This document shows, piece after piece, positions 62,259 through 64,000 of a stretch of DNA of 64,000 nt. The notes beneath the pieces are model-generated. The model searched no databases. It saw only the letters and a program-made list of their open reading frames with translations, and was not told the DNA's origin. Source of the DNA: Desulfomicrobium sp. (GTDB taxonomy: Bacteria > Desulfobacterota > Desulfovibrionia > Desulfovibrionales > Desulfomicrobiaceae); assembly GCA_040768745.1 (NCBI GenBank), contig JAXGMI010000002.1, positions 736,001 through 800,000 on the forward strand. The letters are read 5' to 3'. Positions within the stretch are counted from its first letter, which is position 1; each line of letters opens with the position of its first letter. Position numbers and translations under genes: made by a program.

Positions 62259-63910
62259 TCCTGCATTGCCTCGGGAAAATACTGGGACGCCAGATCTCGC
62301 AGCTTGAACTTCTGGATCTTGCCGCTGGCGGTCATGGGGTATTCGTCAAGAAATGCCACGTATTTCGGAATTTTGTACCTGGCAATCTGGCCGCGGCAGA
62401 AATCGCGGATGTCCTCGGGGGCGAAGTCGAATCCATCCTTGAGAATGACAAATGCGCCTACTTCCTCGCCGTATTTGCGGCTCGGCACGCCCACCACCTG
62501 TACATCCTTGATCCCTTCCATGCGGTAGAGGAATTCCTCGATCTCGCGCGGATAGACGTTCTCGCCACCGCGAATGATCATATCCTTCAGACGGCCGGTG
62601 ATGGTCACGTATCCATCCGCATCCATAGTCCCCAGGTCTCCGGAATGGAGCCACCCGTCGGGGTCGATGGCCTGGGCAGTGGCGTCGGGATTGTTGTAGT
62701 AGCCCTTCATGACGTTGTAGCCCCGGCAGCAGATCTCGCCCTGGCCGCCGCGAGGGACTTCTTCGCCTGATTCGGGATCCACAATGCGCACCTCCACCTC
62801 GGGCATGGCCCGGCCCACGGTCCGGGTCCGCTGTTCCACCGTATCGTTGACCCTGGTCTGGGTCATGCCCGGCGACGATTCGGTCAAGCCGTAGACGATG
62901 GTGATCTCCTGCATGTTCATGACCTCCATGACCTTTTCCATGACCGGCACCGGACAGGGCGACCCTGCCATGATGCCCGTGCGCAGGCTGGAAAAATCAT
63001 AGCGATGGAAGGATTTGTGCTCCAACACGGCGATGAACATGGTCGGCACGCCGTAAAGGGCGGTGCACTTCTCCTCTTCCACGGCGGTCATGACCAAAAG
63101 GGGGTTAAATCCTTCCAAAATGACCAATGTGGCGGCGTGGCTGACGGCTGCCATCACCCCCAGCACGCATCCGAAGCAGTGGAACAGGGGGACGGGGACG
63201 CACACTCTGTCCCGATGGGTGAATTTCTGATTCTCCCCGATCCAGAAGCCGTTGTTGCCGATATTGTAGTGGGTCAGCATGACGCCCTTGGGGAAGCCGG
63301 TCGTCCCGGAGGTGTACTGCATGTTGACCACGTCGTGCGCATCCAGAGAGGCCTGCCTGGCCCGGTATTCCTCTTCCGAAGTGACCCGGCTCAGAGCCAG
63401 CAGCTCGGGCATGGAGTACATGCCCCGGTGCTTTTCCTGGCCCAGAAAGAAAACCCGCTTCAGGTCAGGGAATTTGGCCGAGTGCAGGTAGCCGCGTTCC
63501 TGGGTCTTGAGCTCCGGCACCAGGTCATACACGGTCTGCACGTAGTCGGTCTCCCTGAAGGAGTCGATCAGGATCAGATTCTCGCACTCGGACTGCTTGA
63601 GCAGGTATTCGAGTTCGGCTCTTTTGTAGTAGGTATTGACCGTCAGCAGGACTGCCCCGATCTTGGCCGTGGCGAACTGAAACGCTACCCAATAGGGCAC
63701 GTTGGTGGCCCAGATGGCCACTTTCTCCCCTCTCTGCACGCCCATGGCCATGAGGCCCTTGGCCAGGTTGTCGACCAGTTCTCCGAACTGGCGATAGGTC
63801 AGCCGGAAATTCCGGTCCACGTACACCACAGCTTCGTTGTCCGGGTGCTGCAAGATGGCCTCATCAAGCATCTGCCCCAGGGTAATTGCGCGCAACGCAG
63901 GCTTGTCCAT
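62255..63910 (-). CDS. AMP-binding acyl-CoA synthetase
   Basis: [35 protein letters not shown] and SGKIQK motifs. ATG 63910 after GGGGGAG. Confidence 0.93.
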   Translation of the reverse strand: MDKPALRAITLGQMLDEAILQHPDNEAVVYVDRNFRLTYRQFGELVDNLAKGLMAMGVQRGEKVAIWATNVPYWVAFQFATAKIGAVLLTVNTYYKRAELEYLLKQSECENLILIDSFRETDYVQTVYDLVPELKTQERGYLHSAKFPDLKRVFFLGQEKHRGMYSMPELLALSRVTSEEEYRARQASLDAHDVVNMQYTSGTTGFPKGVMLTHYNIGNNGFWIGENQKFTHRDRVCVPVPLFHCFGCVLGVMAAVSHAATLVILEGFNPLLVMTAVEEEKCTALYGVPTMFIAVLEHKSFHRYDFSSLRTGIMAGSPCPVPVMEKVMEVMNMQEITIVYGLTESSPGMTQTRVNDTVEQRTRTVGRAMPEVEVRIVDPESGEEVPRGGQGEICCRGYNVMKGYYNNPDATAQAIDPDGWLHSGDLGTMDADGYVTITGRLKDMIIRGGENVYPREIEEFLYRMEGIKDVQVVGVPSRKYGEEVGAFVILKDGFDFAPEDIRDFCRGQIARYKIPKYVAFLDEYPMTASGKIQKFKLRDLASQYFPEAMQE

Positions 63911-64000
63911 GACTCCCCCTGTAAATGGCCCCGGACTATTCCGGGAAATAGAGCACCGCATAGATGGATGCAGGCTTGTTGCCACTTGCAGCCACATGAT

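Overview
This is a GC-rich, gene-dense chromosomal window, most likely from a Desulfovibrionales sulfate reducer (Desulfomicrobium-like). That assignment is inferred from the metal-LID adenylate kinase, futalosine mqnA, ThiH-type thiazole synthesis and the HAD-yggT-DUF167-DUF465-ilv gene order. Most of it is housekeeping: motAB, rhlE, tRNA-Lys(CTT), nudC, adk, mqnA, suhB, DUF47-PiT, a TPP riboswitch with thiSGHFE, pfkA, an Fe3+/AfuABC-family ABC transporter, metXWY, two NlpC/P60 lipoproteins, alr, degP, hsp20, a class II photolyase, tamAB and ilvBNC. I see no prophage, IS, integrase or CRISPR array. Three signals stand out. (1) A co-oriented signalling cluster at about 36.3-46.0 kb contains a Zn-ribbon PilZ protein, a PstS-like/OmpA envelope protein, a single-domain receiver, a hybrid kinase ending in three tandem Hpt domains (one His-to-Gln), a WspR-like receiver with no GGDEF domain and a GAF-fused PilB/GspE ATPase. 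It looks like an uncharacterised envelope or surface-sensing relay coupled to a pilus motor. (2) An unannotated ~209-nt rod-like structured element fills the 6604-6812 intergenic gap and is a candidate 6S-like or novel ncRNA. (3) A deletion scar at 27.4-28.4 kb leaves fragments of a DeoR / DUF1537 acid-sugar kinase / TRAP operon. All calls come from reading motifs by eye; no database searches were run.
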